From NCBI GenBank assembly GCA_934635045.1, contig CAKTZA010000009.1, positions 4,738 through 68,737 on the forward strand: a stretch of DNA of 64,000 bases, read 5' to 3'. The translations under genes were made by a program, and so were the position numbers. The DNA comes from an uncultured Kiritimatiellota bacterium (GTDB lineage Bacteria; Verrucomicrobiota; Kiritimatiellia; RFP12; UBA1067). The first letter of the stretch is position 1. Every line of letters starts with the position of its first letter. The notes under the pieces were generated by a model. That model saw only the letters and a program-made list of their open reading frames with translations. It did no database searches and had not been told where the DNA came from. Positions 9,692 to 18,511 of this stretch are shown here, piece by piece.

Positions 9692-9711
9692 GGAACAGAC
9701 GCGAAATTACG

Positions 9712-10881
9712 TTAGGAACAGACGCGCAAGGCTTTCTGCTGCCACGCGCGCAGCGAGAGGCCCGTCGCCTTCGTGAAGGCGTAGCGCAGGGAACGCGGAT
9801 CGCGGTAGCCGCAGTGGGAGAAGACCGAATTGACGGCGACAGTCGGATCGGACAGGAGCTTCTGCGCCTGGGCGACGCGGACGGCCACGATCTCGTCCCG
9901 GATGGAACGCCCGGCCACGGCCCGGAAGCGGTTCTCCGCCGTGCGCGTCCGCATCCCCATCTCGCGCACGACATCCGTCGCCGAGAGGCCCTCGCAGGCA
10001 TGGACGCGCACGTACTCGACGGCGCGGACGGCCCGCAGGTCGACACGCTCGGTCGGACGCGTCGAGTGCCGCCGCTCGACCGGCAGGGAGCCGAACGACA
10101 GCTGAACCGGCTTCAGATTCGGACGCTTGAACCGACGGGCCAGCAGACCGGCGGCCAGCTTGCCCGACCGCTCGAACGCCGGCGCCACGCTGGAGAGCGT
10201 CGGCAGCGTGTTCTCGCAGACGAGCACGTCGTTGTCGATGCCTATGACGGCCATCTCCTCCGGCACGGCGACACCCGCGCGCTCCGCCGCCCGCAGGACG
10301 TGCACGGCCATCTCGTCGTTCGCCGCAAGGATGCCGCAGGGCTTCGGAAGGTTCGCGACGAACGCCTCCAGCCGCGCGGCAAAGTCCGCAAAGGCTTCCG
10401 TCCGCCGACCCTCCCATGCGCGGAAGACATGCCCCCGCTTGGCGCGCCGCTTCATCTCGCGCGTGAAAATGGCCTCGCGCTCCATCGACCAGTCGCGACG
10501 CGCCCAGTTGTAGTGGACATAGCCGTAGTCGGCGAAATCGCGCGCGAAGAGCTCTGCGAGGGCGCGCTTCACGACGTCCTCGGAGTTGTGGCGCACGCCG
10601 AATGTCCGCGTACCGACCTGCGCGGCGTCCGCATCGCAGTAGACGGCGGTCTGTCCGTCGAACGCCGACACCGGACACCCCCGATGGCGGAAGACGCCGC
10701 CCTCGACAATGACGCCGTCCGGCTTCCAGTAGGCGAGCACGGGCTTCACGCCGCGCGGCAGTTCCCCGACGTCGACGGCCTCGACGTGCCAGCGTTCCTG
10801 ACGGGCGACGGCGTAGATGCCCGCGAGGCGCAGCCGCCACATCATGAACGCGCTCTCGTAGAAATAGACGACCGTCTTCAT
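9712..10881 (-). CDS. XylR-like regulator (periplasmic-binding-type sensor domain plus C-terminal AraC HTH)
   Basis: Start at MKTVVYFYES (ATG 10881), directly after the upstream stop. The C-terminus carries an AraC-type HTH (VVREMGMRTRTAENRFRAVAGRSIRDEI...FSHCGYRDPRSLRYAFTKATG). Confidence 0.7.
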   Translation of the reverse strand: MKTVVYFYESAFMMWRLRLAGIYAVARQERWHVEAVDVGELPRGVKPVLAYWKPDGVIVEGGVFRHRGCPVSAFDGQTAVYCDADAAQVGTRTFGVRHNSEDVVKRALAELFARDFADYGYVHYNWARRDWSMEREAIFTREMKRRAKRGHVFRAWEGRRTEAFADFAARLEAFVANLPKPCGILAANDEMAVHVLRAAERAGVAVPEEMAVIGIDNDVLVCENTLPTLSSVAPAFERSGKLAAGLLARRFKRPNLKPVQLSFGSLPVERRHSTRPTERVDLRAVRAVEYVRVHACEGLSATDVVREMGMRTRTAENRFRAVAGRSIRDEIVAVRVAQAQKLLSDPTVAVNSVFSHCGYRDPRSLRYAFTKATGLSLRAWQQKALRVCS

Positions 10882-10882
10882 C

Positions 10883-11704
10883 TCAGCTGGCGGGCGGGGG
10901 CGGCGGCAGGCGCCCTTCGAGCGCGTCGGCGGCAATGGCCTTCACGTCCGTGTCGAAATCGCCCTTCACGATCCAGCGAAGGTAACTCGGCTCCTTGAGC
11001 ATGATGCGCTTCAGGGGCTCGCCCTTCTTCTTGCCGAAGTTGACGTAAAGGACGCCATCGCGCCAGCGGAAGAACCCGGCGCGGTCGGCGTTGAGGGGAT
11101 CGTGCGGCACGAGATAGCTGTCGATCGCCGCCACGTCCTTGCCCTTCAGCTCGGCATAGCGGTCGCCCGCCTCCGCCGTCTGGGCGCGCGCGAGCTGCGC
11201 GGCGAGGACGTCCCGCGTCGCCACGGCGTCCGCCATCGCCCCGTGCGCGCCCTCATGCGCGCGGCCACAGTAGAACTTCACGGCCGTCGAGAGGTCGCGC
11301 GGCTCCATCCTGTGGTAGATGCGCTGCACGTCGATGCGATTGACGATGGCGGCAGAAAGGTTGCGGCCGACCCGCAGGAACTCGGACTCGAGGCACGGGA
11401 TGTCGTAGCGGTCAGAATTGAAGCCCGCGATGTCGCAGCCCTCGAAGAACGCATAGATCTCGTCCGCCAGCTCGGCGAATGTCGGACAGTTCTTCACCGT
11501 CGCGTCGTCCACGCCGTGGATTGCCGTCGTCTCCGGGGGAATCGGCATCTCCGGGTTGACGAGATGTTCGAGCCGCTCCTCGGTTCCGTCGGGATTCATC
11601 TTGACGGCGGCGATTTCGAGAATGCGGTCCTTTCGAGGGAAGAGCCCCGTGGTTTCAAGGTCGAAGACGACAAGCGGACGTTTGAGTTCGATTGGAAATT
11701 TCAT
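10883..11704 (-). CDS. DnaQ/DEDDh-type 3'-5' exonuclease
   Basis: LVVFDLETTGL (ExoI), ...HGAMADAVATRDVL (ExoIII H-x4-D). TATAAT box 7 nt upstream of the ATG. Confidence 0.7.
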   Translation of the reverse strand: MKFPIELKRPLVVFDLETTGLFPRKDRILEIAAVKMNPDGTEERLEHLVNPEMPIPPETTAIHGVDDATVKNCPTFAELADEIYAFFEGCDIAGFNSDRYDIPCLESEFLRVGRNLSAAIVNRIDVQRIYHRMEPRDLSTAVKFYCGRAHEGAHGAMADAVATRDVLAAQLARAQTAEAGDRYAELKGKDVAAIDSYLVPHDPLNADRAGFFRWRDGVLYVNFGKKKGEPLKRIMLKEPSYLRWIVKGDFDTDVKAIAADALEGRLPPPPPAS

Positions 11705-11711
11705 GGGCGGA

Positions 11712-11720
11712 ATTATACCA
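11712..11720 (-). promoter_or_regulatory. Extended -10 box TGGTATAAT, 7 nt upstream of the exonuclease ATG
   Basis: Minus strand: TGTGGTATAATtccgcccATG. Confidence 0.55.
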
Positions 11721-11737
11721 CATTATCGGCACTTTGG

Positions 11738-11758
11738 GGCCTGTCCCCGCGACAGGCC
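11738..11758 (-). terminator. 8-bp GC-rich hairpin (GGCCTGTC/GACAGGCC) after the antiporter gene, no U-tract
   Basis: ggcctgtc-cccgc-gacaggcc lies 47 nt past the stop at 11805 and just upstream of the next -10 box. Confidence 0.35.
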
Positions 11759-11804
11759 GCCTCACGCAGACAACGCCACCGCGCCGAGGCGCGCGGCAGG
11801 GCGC

Positions 11805-13826
11805 TTAGGCCGTCACGCCCAGGAGATCCTTGAGTGCGCCGACCTGCTTCGCGTCGCCGAGCGCGATCAGCTCGTCGCCGATGCGGAACTCGATCTCCGG
11901 GCCGACGTTCCGGTAGGTGTGGCCGTCGCGGACGACCGAGACGATCGAGGCCCCCGTCTTCGCGCGGATGTTGAGCGAGACGACCGTCTCGCCGACGGCC
12001 GGCGAGTCCGCCGCCAGGACGAGCCGGTGGAACAGGCCCGCCGGCACGGGCACCGTCATCGTCCGCTCCAGCCCCTTGCGCCGCTCCTCCTCCGTCAGCG
12101 ACTCGTTGAACCGCCGGATCGCGCCCCGGCCAGAGCGCAGCAGGAACCGCCAGCCCAGCCCGGCGACGACGAGCGTGACGGCCGTCGAGACCCACTGCGC
12201 GAGGCGGTCGTGCGGCAGGATGGTCAGGTTGACCGCCGTCCACAGCATGACGAAGAGCGCCGCTGCGACGAGGATCGTGAAGAGGCGCGCCGTCTCGCGG
12301 AACGCGACGAGCACGCGCGAGCGCCCGCGCCCGGCCAGCAGCTCCGCCACGGCGTCGCCCATCGTCCGCGCCTCCAGGATCGCCAGCGGCAGCAGCGCGA
12401 CGGACAGCAGGTTCGCGAGCACGAAGAAGATGAGCTCGTCATGCGCCTCGAACCAGCGGGAGAACTTCGCGTAGTCGAAGGTCGAGAGGCGCGAGCAGAC
12501 GAAGGCCCCCGCGAACATCAGCACCGCGTAGACGCCCATGCGGATCGCGGACAGCCGGAGGCGCGCGAACGTCGGCGACCCCTTCCCGGCCATGATCTTC
12601 TCGCGCCACGCCCAGTACGAGTCGAGCGCGCGGCGGAGGCGCTGCGGCAGGCGGCGCTCGGCGAAGTCGCCCGCGCGGTCGGAGAGGCGAATCATGAACG
12701 GATTCAGGAGCGTCGTCAAGAGCGACGCGCCGACGGCAATCTGGAAGAGCGGCACCGTCGCGTCCTTCTGGAGCCCCGCGTAGAGGATCGCGACCATGAA
12801 CGCGAACTCGCCGATCTGCGCGAGCCCGAAGGCGTTCTGCACGGACGTCTTCACGTCAAGGCCGCAGAGGAGCGAGGCGACGAGGTTGTTCACGAACTTG
12901 CCGACGATGACGACGAGCGAGACGAGCAGCACCTGCGGCAGGCAGTGGAAGAGCGCGACCGGATCGACCAGGAGGCCGATCGACACGAAGAACACGGCCG
13001 AGAACATCGACTTCAGCGGATCCGCGAGCGTCGCGAGCCGTTCGCGCACGCAGCTCGTCGAGCCGAGGATGCCAACCAAGAACGCGCCAAGCGCCAGCGA
13101 GTAGTCGAGCCGGTACGCGAAGTACGACACGCAGAAGCAGCAGCCCAGAATCGCGAGGACGAGCGACTCGTCGTCCTGCCGCTTCGCGACGGACTTGAGG
13201 AGGCGCGGCACGAAGACGAAGCCCACGACCAGCACCGTGAGGAAGAAGACCGTGAGGCCGCCGAGCGACTTCACGAGCGCGAGCGCCGACATGCCCTCGC
13301 CGGACGCGAAGCCCGTCACGACGGCAATCGCGCCGACGCAGATGATGTCCTCGCAGACGGACGTGCCGAGCACGTATTTCGTGAACGGGCGGTTCGTCCA
13401 GCCCATCTCGCCGATCACCTTCGCGAGCAGCGTCGTCGCCGAGTCGCAGATCGCGACGCCGAGGAAGAGGGACGGCACGGACGCCCAGCCGAAGAACTTC
13501 GTGCCGACCTCATAGCCGAGCCAGATCATCACGAGCGTGTCCAGCACCGCCGCCGGCAGCGCGACGCCGCGAATCTTCTGCATGTCCTTCGCGGAGAACG
13601 AGAGCCCCATGCCGAACATGAGGAAGACGACGCCAAGCTGGCCGATCGTGTTCGTCGAGGAGAGGTCGAGCAGGAAGCTGCCGCCCCAGGTGTGCGGGCT
13701 CATGACGACGCCCGCGAGAATGTAGCCCAGCACCTTCGGCCACCCGAGGCGCGCGAAGACGACCGAGACGATGCCCGCCGCCGTCATCAGCACCGCCAGA
13801 TCCTGAAAGAAATAGCTCTCAATCAT
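11805..13826 (-). CDS. CPA2 cation:proton antiporter with C-terminal TrkA-C (RCK_C) domain
   Basis: Start at MIESYFFQDLAVLMTAAGIVSVVFARLGWPKVLGYILAGVVMSP (typical Kef/YbaL N-terminus). Multiple TM segments. C-terminal GETVVSLNIRAKTGASIVSVVRDG...IGDELIALGD. Confidence 0.75.
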   Translation of the reverse strand: MIESYFFQDLAVLMTAAGIVSVVFARLGWPKVLGYILAGVVMSPHTWGGSFLLDLSSTNTIGQLGVVFLMFGMGLSFSAKDMQKIRGVALPAAVLDTLVMIWLGYEVGTKFFGWASVPSLFLGVAICDSATTLLAKVIGEMGWTNRPFTKYVLGTSVCEDIICVGAIAVVTGFASGEGMSALALVKSLGGLTVFFLTVLVVGFVFVPRLLKSVAKRQDDESLVLAILGCCFCVSYFAYRLDYSLALGAFLVGILGSTSCVRERLATLADPLKSMFSAVFFVSIGLLVDPVALFHCLPQVLLVSLVVIVGKFVNNLVASLLCGLDVKTSVQNAFGLAQIGEFAFMVAILYAGLQKDATVPLFQIAVGASLLTTLLNPFMIRLSDRAGDFAERRLPQRLRRALDSYWAWREKIMAGKGSPTFARLRLSAIRMGVYAVLMFAGAFVCSRLSTFDYAKFSRWFEAHDELIFFVLANLLSVALLPLAILEARTMGDAVAELLAGRGRSRVLVAFRETARLFTILVAAALFVMLWTAVNLTILPHDRLAQWVSTAVTLVVAGLGWRFLLRSGRGAIRRFNESLTEEERRKGLERTMTVPVPAGLFHRLVLAADSPAVGETVVSLNIRAKTGASIVSVVRDGHTYRNVGPEIEFRIGDELIALGDAKQVGALKDLLGVTA

Positions 13827-13836
13827 TTTGGGCGAA

Positions 13837-13845
13837 ATTATACCA
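13837..13845 (-). promoter_or_regulatory. Extended -10 box TGGTATAAT, 10 nt upstream of the antiporter ATG
   Basis: Minus strand: TGTGGTATAATttcgcccaaaATG. Confidence 0.55.
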
Positions 13846-13846
13846 C

Positions 13847-13882
13847 AACGGCGGAGATCCTGCAGAAGGAAACTCCGCCGTT
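13847..13882 (-). terminator. 10-bp perfect hairpin (AACGGCGGAG/CTCCGCCGTT) after the TonB-dependent receptor gene
   Basis: Stem arms at 13847-13856 and 13873-13882, 16-nt loop, immediately upstream of the antiporter -10 box. No clear U-tract. Confidence 0.4.
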
Positions 13883-13908
13883 GGCCACAGGGGGCGTCCG
13901 CATAGTCG

Positions 13909-16104
13909 TCAGAACTTGCCGCGCAGGCCGATCTCGAACGTGCGCGGGTCGCCCGCGAAGCACTCGTAGAAGTGCCGCGACGTGTCGAAATAGCGCGCGT
14001 CGAAGAGGTTGCGCACGCCAAGCGTCAGGAACCAATCGTCGCACCACCCGAACTTCGAGAGCGGCACGGACATGTTGACGTCGAAGACATGGCTCGGATC
14101 GAACCGCAGGTTCTCGTTGACGTACTCGCCGCGCATCGTCGCGTAGCTCATCGAGCGGTAGCGGTAGCCGAGGCCGACGACGATGTCCTCGATCGCGTCA
14201 AACCCGTGCAGGCGATAGGACGTGTTCAGCGTGACGGCATGGCGCGGGAAGCGCTCGAACGAGCCGGCCTTGCCCGACTTCGTGCAGTTCTCGTAGAGCG
14301 TGTGCGTGTACATCGCCAGAACCGTCCAGTTCTCCGTGATGTCGCCCGTCAGCGACAGGTCGACGCCGCGCGAACGGCTGTGCCCCTCGTAGTAGACTTC
14401 CTGCGTCCGCCGGTCCTGGACGGGCGTGTTCTCCTGCTCGATGCTGAAGTAGGACGCCGAGACCCAGAACTTCTCCAGCGGGCGGATGCGCGCGCCCGTC
14501 TCCCACTGCGTCGCCGTCCACGGATCGGTCGGCCGCGTCCCGTCCGGCGTGCGGTAGCCCAAGGTCGGCGTCTGCGTCTGCGAGACGTTGCCGAAGAAGA
14601 CGAGCCAATCAAGGGGCTGAACCGTGAGGCCGCCGCGCGGCGAGAACGCGAAGGCATGCGCCTCGTCGTAATGCGCTGTCGTTGTCGTTCCGCCGCGCCC
14701 CGTCGTCGTCACGACCGAGGCGTTCTCGACGAAGTAGTCATAGCGCAGGCCCGCGAGAAGCGTGACCCATCCCCAGCCGATCGAGTCCTGCACGGTTGCG
14801 CCGTAGCGGGAGACCGCCGCACCGAACGCATCGCCGTCGCGGTAGTAGAAGTCGGGCTGGACAAGGAACGTGTTGCGGAAGCCGAGTGGCAATTCATTCT
14901 TCGTGTAGACCGAACGCGCGTAGAGGTTGAAGTTGCGCTGGATGGCGCTTGATTCAGAGAAAGACGAGGTCATGTACTTCTTCCCCGTCAGCCACTCCCC
15001 CGTCTCGTAGAAGTGGTTCATGACCTGATCATACTCGGCCTGGCTGGCCATGTCGCCAGTCGGGTTCGTCGCACTGCGCAGCGACGGCACATACGGCTCG
15101 CGCGTCTTCTGATCCCAGTCGGAATACATGAACGAGCCGCCGAACTTGAGGAGCCAGTCGTCCGTGACCTGCCAGTCGACGTAGGGGTTGACCATCATTC
15201 CCCGATACTTCGTCCGGTCGGTCGGACGGCACGAGGACTCGTTCCAGCCGTAGCCGCCGGCGGGTTTGCCGCGCCAGACGGGAATGCCGATGTAGCTTGG
15301 GCTGTCGGACGAGACGAACATCGTCTTCAGCCCGAACGTCACGTCATCCGTCGGCTTGAAGACGAAGGACGGCGCGAGCGTGTACTGCTCGCGTGGGCGC
15401 GCCCCCTTCTGCGAGCCGCTGGAGATGTAGGCGGGCGAGTAGATGTCGAAGGAGGCGGGGAGGCGAACCGCGAACTTGTCCTCGACGACGACCTCGTTCG
15501 CGTCAATCATGCCGCGCTGGCGCCAGACGTTGCGCCCGACGGACGTCTGCTCGGAGAAGTTGATCTCGCTGTCGCGGAGGTGCGCGCCCTTCAGGTACAT
15601 GTTGATCGAGCCGCCCGCGCCGTTGTTGTTCTGCTGCGCGCCCGCGCCGCCCGACAGCGAGGCGATCGGCCCCTTCACGATCTCGACGCGCGCCATCATC
15701 GCCGGGTCCATGAATAGCCCCGCGCCGCGCCCGACGGGGATCACGCCGTCGAACGCCGGCTCCGTGCCGCCCATGCCGCGAATGGAGAAGCGCCCCGGCT
15801 GGCGCACGAGCAGCGACGTGCCGCCCGTCTCGATGCCCGGCACCTGACGGAGCAGGTCGTTCATGTCCGTCGGGTTGCGCTCGCGGATGAAGTCCTCCGT
15901 CAGCGTGTCGACGACGCAGGGCAGCGTTTCGGGCGGCTCGCCCGTGAACGTGCCGCCCGTCACCGTCTCGGGCCGGTATTTCGAGAGCGCATTCGCCTCG
16001 ACCGTGACGGTTCCGAGATCCGCGACCGAATTCGTTTCAACGTTCTCCGCAGCCGCAAGACCGAGGACCGACAGCGCCGACGCGCAAAAAAGAAGTGATT
16101 TCAT
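13909..16104 (-). CDS. TonB-dependent outer-membrane receptor
   Basis: Signal peptide, plug-like region (LLRQVPGIETGG...GRFSIRGMGG), long beta-barrel body, terminal ...FEIGLRGKF. Start ATG 16104; an alternative GTG lies at 16122. Confidence 0.8.
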   Translation of the reverse strand: MKSLLFCASALSVLGLAAAENVETNSVADLGTVTVEANALSKYRPETVTGGTFTGEPPETLPCVVDTLTEDFIRERNPTDMNDLLRQVPGIETGGTSLLVRQPGRFSIRGMGGTEPAFDGVIPVGRGAGLFMDPAMMARVEIVKGPIASLSGGAGAQQNNNGAGGSINMYLKGAHLRDSEINFSEQTSVGRNVWRQRGMIDANEVVVEDKFAVRLPASFDIYSPAYISSGSQKGARPREQYTLAPSFVFKPTDDVTFGLKTMFVSSDSPSYIGIPVWRGKPAGGYGWNESSCRPTDRTKYRGMMVNPYVDWQVTDDWLLKFGGSFMYSDWDQKTREPYVPSLRSATNPTGDMASQAEYDQVMNHFYETGEWLTGKKYMTSSFSESSAIQRNFNLYARSVYTKNELPLGFRNTFLVQPDFYYRDGDAFGAAVSRYGATVQDSIGWGWVTLLAGLRYDYFVENASVVTTTGRGGTTTTAHYDEAHAFAFSPRGGLTVQPLDWLVFFGNVSQTQTPTLGYRTPDGTRPTDPWTATQWETGARIRPLEKFWVSASYFSIEQENTPVQDRRTQEVYYEGHSRSRGVDLSLTGDITENWTVLAMYTHTLYENCTKSGKAGSFERFPRHAVTLNTSYRLHGFDAIEDIVVGLGYRYRSMSYATMRGEYVNENLRFDPSHVFDVNMSVPLSKFGWCDDWFLTLGVRNLFDARYFDTSRHFYECFAGDPRTFEIGLRGKF

Positions 16105-16154
16105 TACCTTGTGAAACGCCACATCAATCGCAAAGGTTCATTCGACCGTGCGCC

Positions 16155-16859
16155 TCACTTCAGCTTGAACGTGAGCGTGATCTTCGCCGTCGACGAAACC
16201 GACTGACGGTCGCGCTTGGCCGGCGTGAAGTGCGCCGCTTTCACGGCCTTGACCGCCGCTTCGTCCAGTTCTTGGTAGCCGCTGGAGGAGACGACCTTCA
16301 CCTCGCCGACCGCGCCGGACGCGGTGACTTCGATCTCCAGTTGCACGTCGCCCTGCTCGCCGCGCAGACGCGCCCCTTTCGGATAGTCGGGCTTGATGCT
16401 CTTGCGCGGACGCGGCGGCGCATCGACCCGCGCCTGACGCGGCGCGACCGCTGGCGCAGGGGCCGACGCGGCGACGGGCGGACGCGGCGGTTCCTTTCGC
16501 GACTCTTCTTTCGGCGGCTCGACGACCGGCGTCTCCACCGGAGGACGCTCCGGTGCAGGCTCCGGCAGTTTCAGCGCGTCCAGCTCCGGCGGCAGTTCCT
16601 TCGGCGGCTCGCTTTCCGGCGGACGCTCCGGCTCGGGCGGCGGTGGCTCTTCGGGCACGGGCTCTTCCGGCGCGGATGCGAGCGTGGGCTGAACCGCCGC
16701 CGTCTCGTCCTCTGTCTCGGCGAACGACAGTTCGACGCTCGACAGGTCAAGCTGCGCAAGCGCATCCGGCGCCGGCGCATATTCGACGTAGACCGCCAGC
16801 GCCGCCGCAAGCGCCGCGTGGAACAGGATCGACAGGAAAATGGCGACGCCGAATCTCAC
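16155..16859 (-). CDS. tonB: Energy transducer TonB
   Basis: N-terminal TM anchor, Pro/Glu-rich spacer (PEEPPPPEPERPPESEPPKELPPE), C-terminal TonB_C-like YPKGARLRGEQGDVQLEIEV. GTGA overlap with exbD. Confidence 0.75.
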   Translation of the reverse strand: MRFGVAIFLSILFHAALAAALAVYVEYAPAPDALAQLDLSSVELSFAETEDETAAVQPTLASAPEEPVPEEPPPPEPERPPESEPPKELPPELDALKLPEPAPERPPVETPVVEPPKEESRKEPPRPPVAASAPAPAVAPRQARVDAPPRPRKSIKPDYPKGARLRGEQGDVQLEIEVTASGAVGEVKVVSSSGYQELDEAAVKAVKAAHFTPAKRDRQSVSSTAKITLTFKLK

Positions 16860-17254
16860 GGCTTGCCGCTCACCTGAAAGCTGACCTTCTCGACCCCCGC
16901 CGCCTTCAGCTCGGACAGCAGCTCGATGCCCGTGCCCAGCGACGACTTGCGGTCGCCTGAGATCAGCACGGGCAGTTTCATGTCCGCCGCATAGAGGTCT
17001 TTCACCTTCGCGAGTGCCGCCGCGCGCGTCGTCGCTTCGCCGTTGAACTGCAATGCGTCGTCCGGCCCGATCGTCAGGACAACCCGCTCGCCCTTCTCAT
17101 CCGCCCCCGCCGCGTTCGGCAGGTCGACCTTGAGGCCCTTGTGCACCGTCATGTCGAAGATGCAGTAGATGAAGAAGACGAGAACGAGGAACATGACATC
17201 CATGAGCGACGTCATCTCCAGCCGCGCGCCGCGTCGCCGCCTACTCTTCGGCAT
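16856..17254 (-). CDS. exbD: Biopolymer transport protein ExbD/TolR
   Basis: 132 aa with the typical N-terminus RRRRGARLEMTSLMDVMFLVLVFFI. Overlaps both exbB and tonB. Confidence 0.75.
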   Translation of the reverse strand: MPKSRRRRGARLEMTSLMDVMFLVLVFFIYCIFDMTVHKGLKVDLPNAAGADEKGERVVLTIGPDDALQFNGEATTRAAALAKVKDLYAADMKLPVLISGDRKSSLGTGIELLSELKAAGVEKVSFQVSGKP

Positions 17255-17606
17255 GGCGCTCCAGGATGTTGTAGGGGAAGAGGAGGACGAGCGAGGCGAT
17301 GAGGCCCGCCGCCGTCGTGATCAGCGCCTCGCCGATGCCCGCCGTCGCCGCCATCGGGTTCGCGACGCCGTCCGCGCCGTTCAGCGCGCCGAACGTCTGC
17401 ATGATGCCCGTCACCGTGCCGAGAATGCCGAGCATCGGCTCGGCCGTGATGATCGTCGAGACGATCGTAAGGCCCTTCCCGTCGCGGCGGCCCGCCCGGA
17501 ACGCGAGCGCCTTCCAGATCAGGATCGCGAGACCAAGAACCGACAGGCCGAGAATCGGCCACATGACCGGCCCGCCCGCCAAGAACGTCTGAATCAGTTT
17601 TTCCAT
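17241..17606 (-). CDS. exbB: MotA/TolQ/ExbB proton-channel family protein (short form)
   Basis: 121 aa, three TM segments, conserved GILGTVTGIMQTF and GEALITTAAGL motifs. Confidence 0.7.
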   Translation of the reverse strand: MEKLIQTFLAGGPVMWPILGLSVLGLAILIWKALAFRAGRRDGKGLTIVSTIITAEPMLGILGTVTGIMQTFGALNGADGVANPMAATAGIGEALITTAAGLIASLVLLFPYNILERHAEE

Positions 17607-17618
17607 TGAGTTTCCATC

Positions 17619-18509
17619 CTAAATTCGTTTAACGCCATCCGCCACAGGTGGGTTCAGCCGGTTGCTGGACGTTGCCCCCGCTCCCCAGACCTGCCGGAGA
17701 AACGCGAGGCCGCGTTTCAGGGCTTCGAGCGTGACGCCCGCATGGGGCTCAAGCACAAGATGCCGAGCGGCCCGCGCGACGGGCTCCAGCGCGGCAAAAT
17801 CAATCTTCCCCTCGCCCGGCGGCAGGTGGTCGTCTCCGCCGCGCGAGTCGTTGAGGTGAAGTCCCACGGGTTGCACAAACCCCGTCGCCTCGGCTGCTGA
17901 CGCCGCCACCCAGCCCTTCGTCTGCCGCACATAGGCATGGCCCGTGTCAAGCCAGGGCCGCACCCAGTCGCCGACCAGATCCCGGATTTCAGCCTCATTG
18001 GGGAAGCCCTCCAGATACGGCAGGTTCTCCAGTCCGAGCGTCACGCGATGCGCCTCCAGCACGGGCGCAAGCGCGTCAAGCTCCCGCCGAAAGACATCCA
18101 CGAGCTTGCGTCCGACACGCAGGCGTTTCTTCGGACGGTTGCGCGCGAAGATTGTCTGGCAGGGAACGCGCCCCGCGTGGAGAACGACGGCCTCGGCACC
18201 CATTTCCGCCGCAAACGCGATGTTCTTCTTCACGTGGACGCGGGCCAGTCCGCGCGCGGCCTCGTCGAAATCGGCGAGGAGGTAAAGTTCGGGATAGCCG
18301 CACGGCGCGGAGAGCGGCACCGGACAAAAGGCGTGAATGGAGCGGACGGGCATCTCGTCCAGCCGCGACTTGAAGCCCGCAACATGTTCCATCGTCGTGT
18401 GGAAGCCCAGTTCCAGCGCCTCGAACCCCAAGGCTTGGGCCTCTTCGACAATCGCTTCGCCGGACGTCAGCCGTCGATTGTTCCAATTGGTCGAAAGCGC
18501 GAACGTCAT
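17619..18509 (-). CDS. Xylose-isomerase-like TIM-barrel (sugar phosphate isomerase/epimerase family) protein
   Basis: Start at MTFALSTNWN (ATG 18509), 2 nt after the DUF58 stop. The track's 86-aa N-terminal extension overlaps the DUF58 gene. Sequence pattern ...GFEALELGF...AVVLHAG...GLENL... Confidence 0.55.
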   Translation of the reverse strand: MTFALSTNWNNRRLTSGEAIVEEAQALGFEALELGFHTTMEHVAGFKSRLDEMPVRSIHAFCPVPLSAPCGYPELYLLADFDEAARGLARVHVKKNIAFAAEMGAEAVVLHAGRVPCQTIFARNRPKKRLRVGRKLVDVFRRELDALAPVLEAHRVTLGLENLPYLEGFPNEAEIRDLVGDWVRPWLDTGHAYVRQTKGWVAASAAEATGFVQPVGLHLNDSRGGDDHLPPGEGKIDFAALEPVARAARHLVLEPHAGVTLEALKRGLAFLRQVWGAGATSSNRLNPPVADGVKRI

Positions 18510-18511
18510 GG

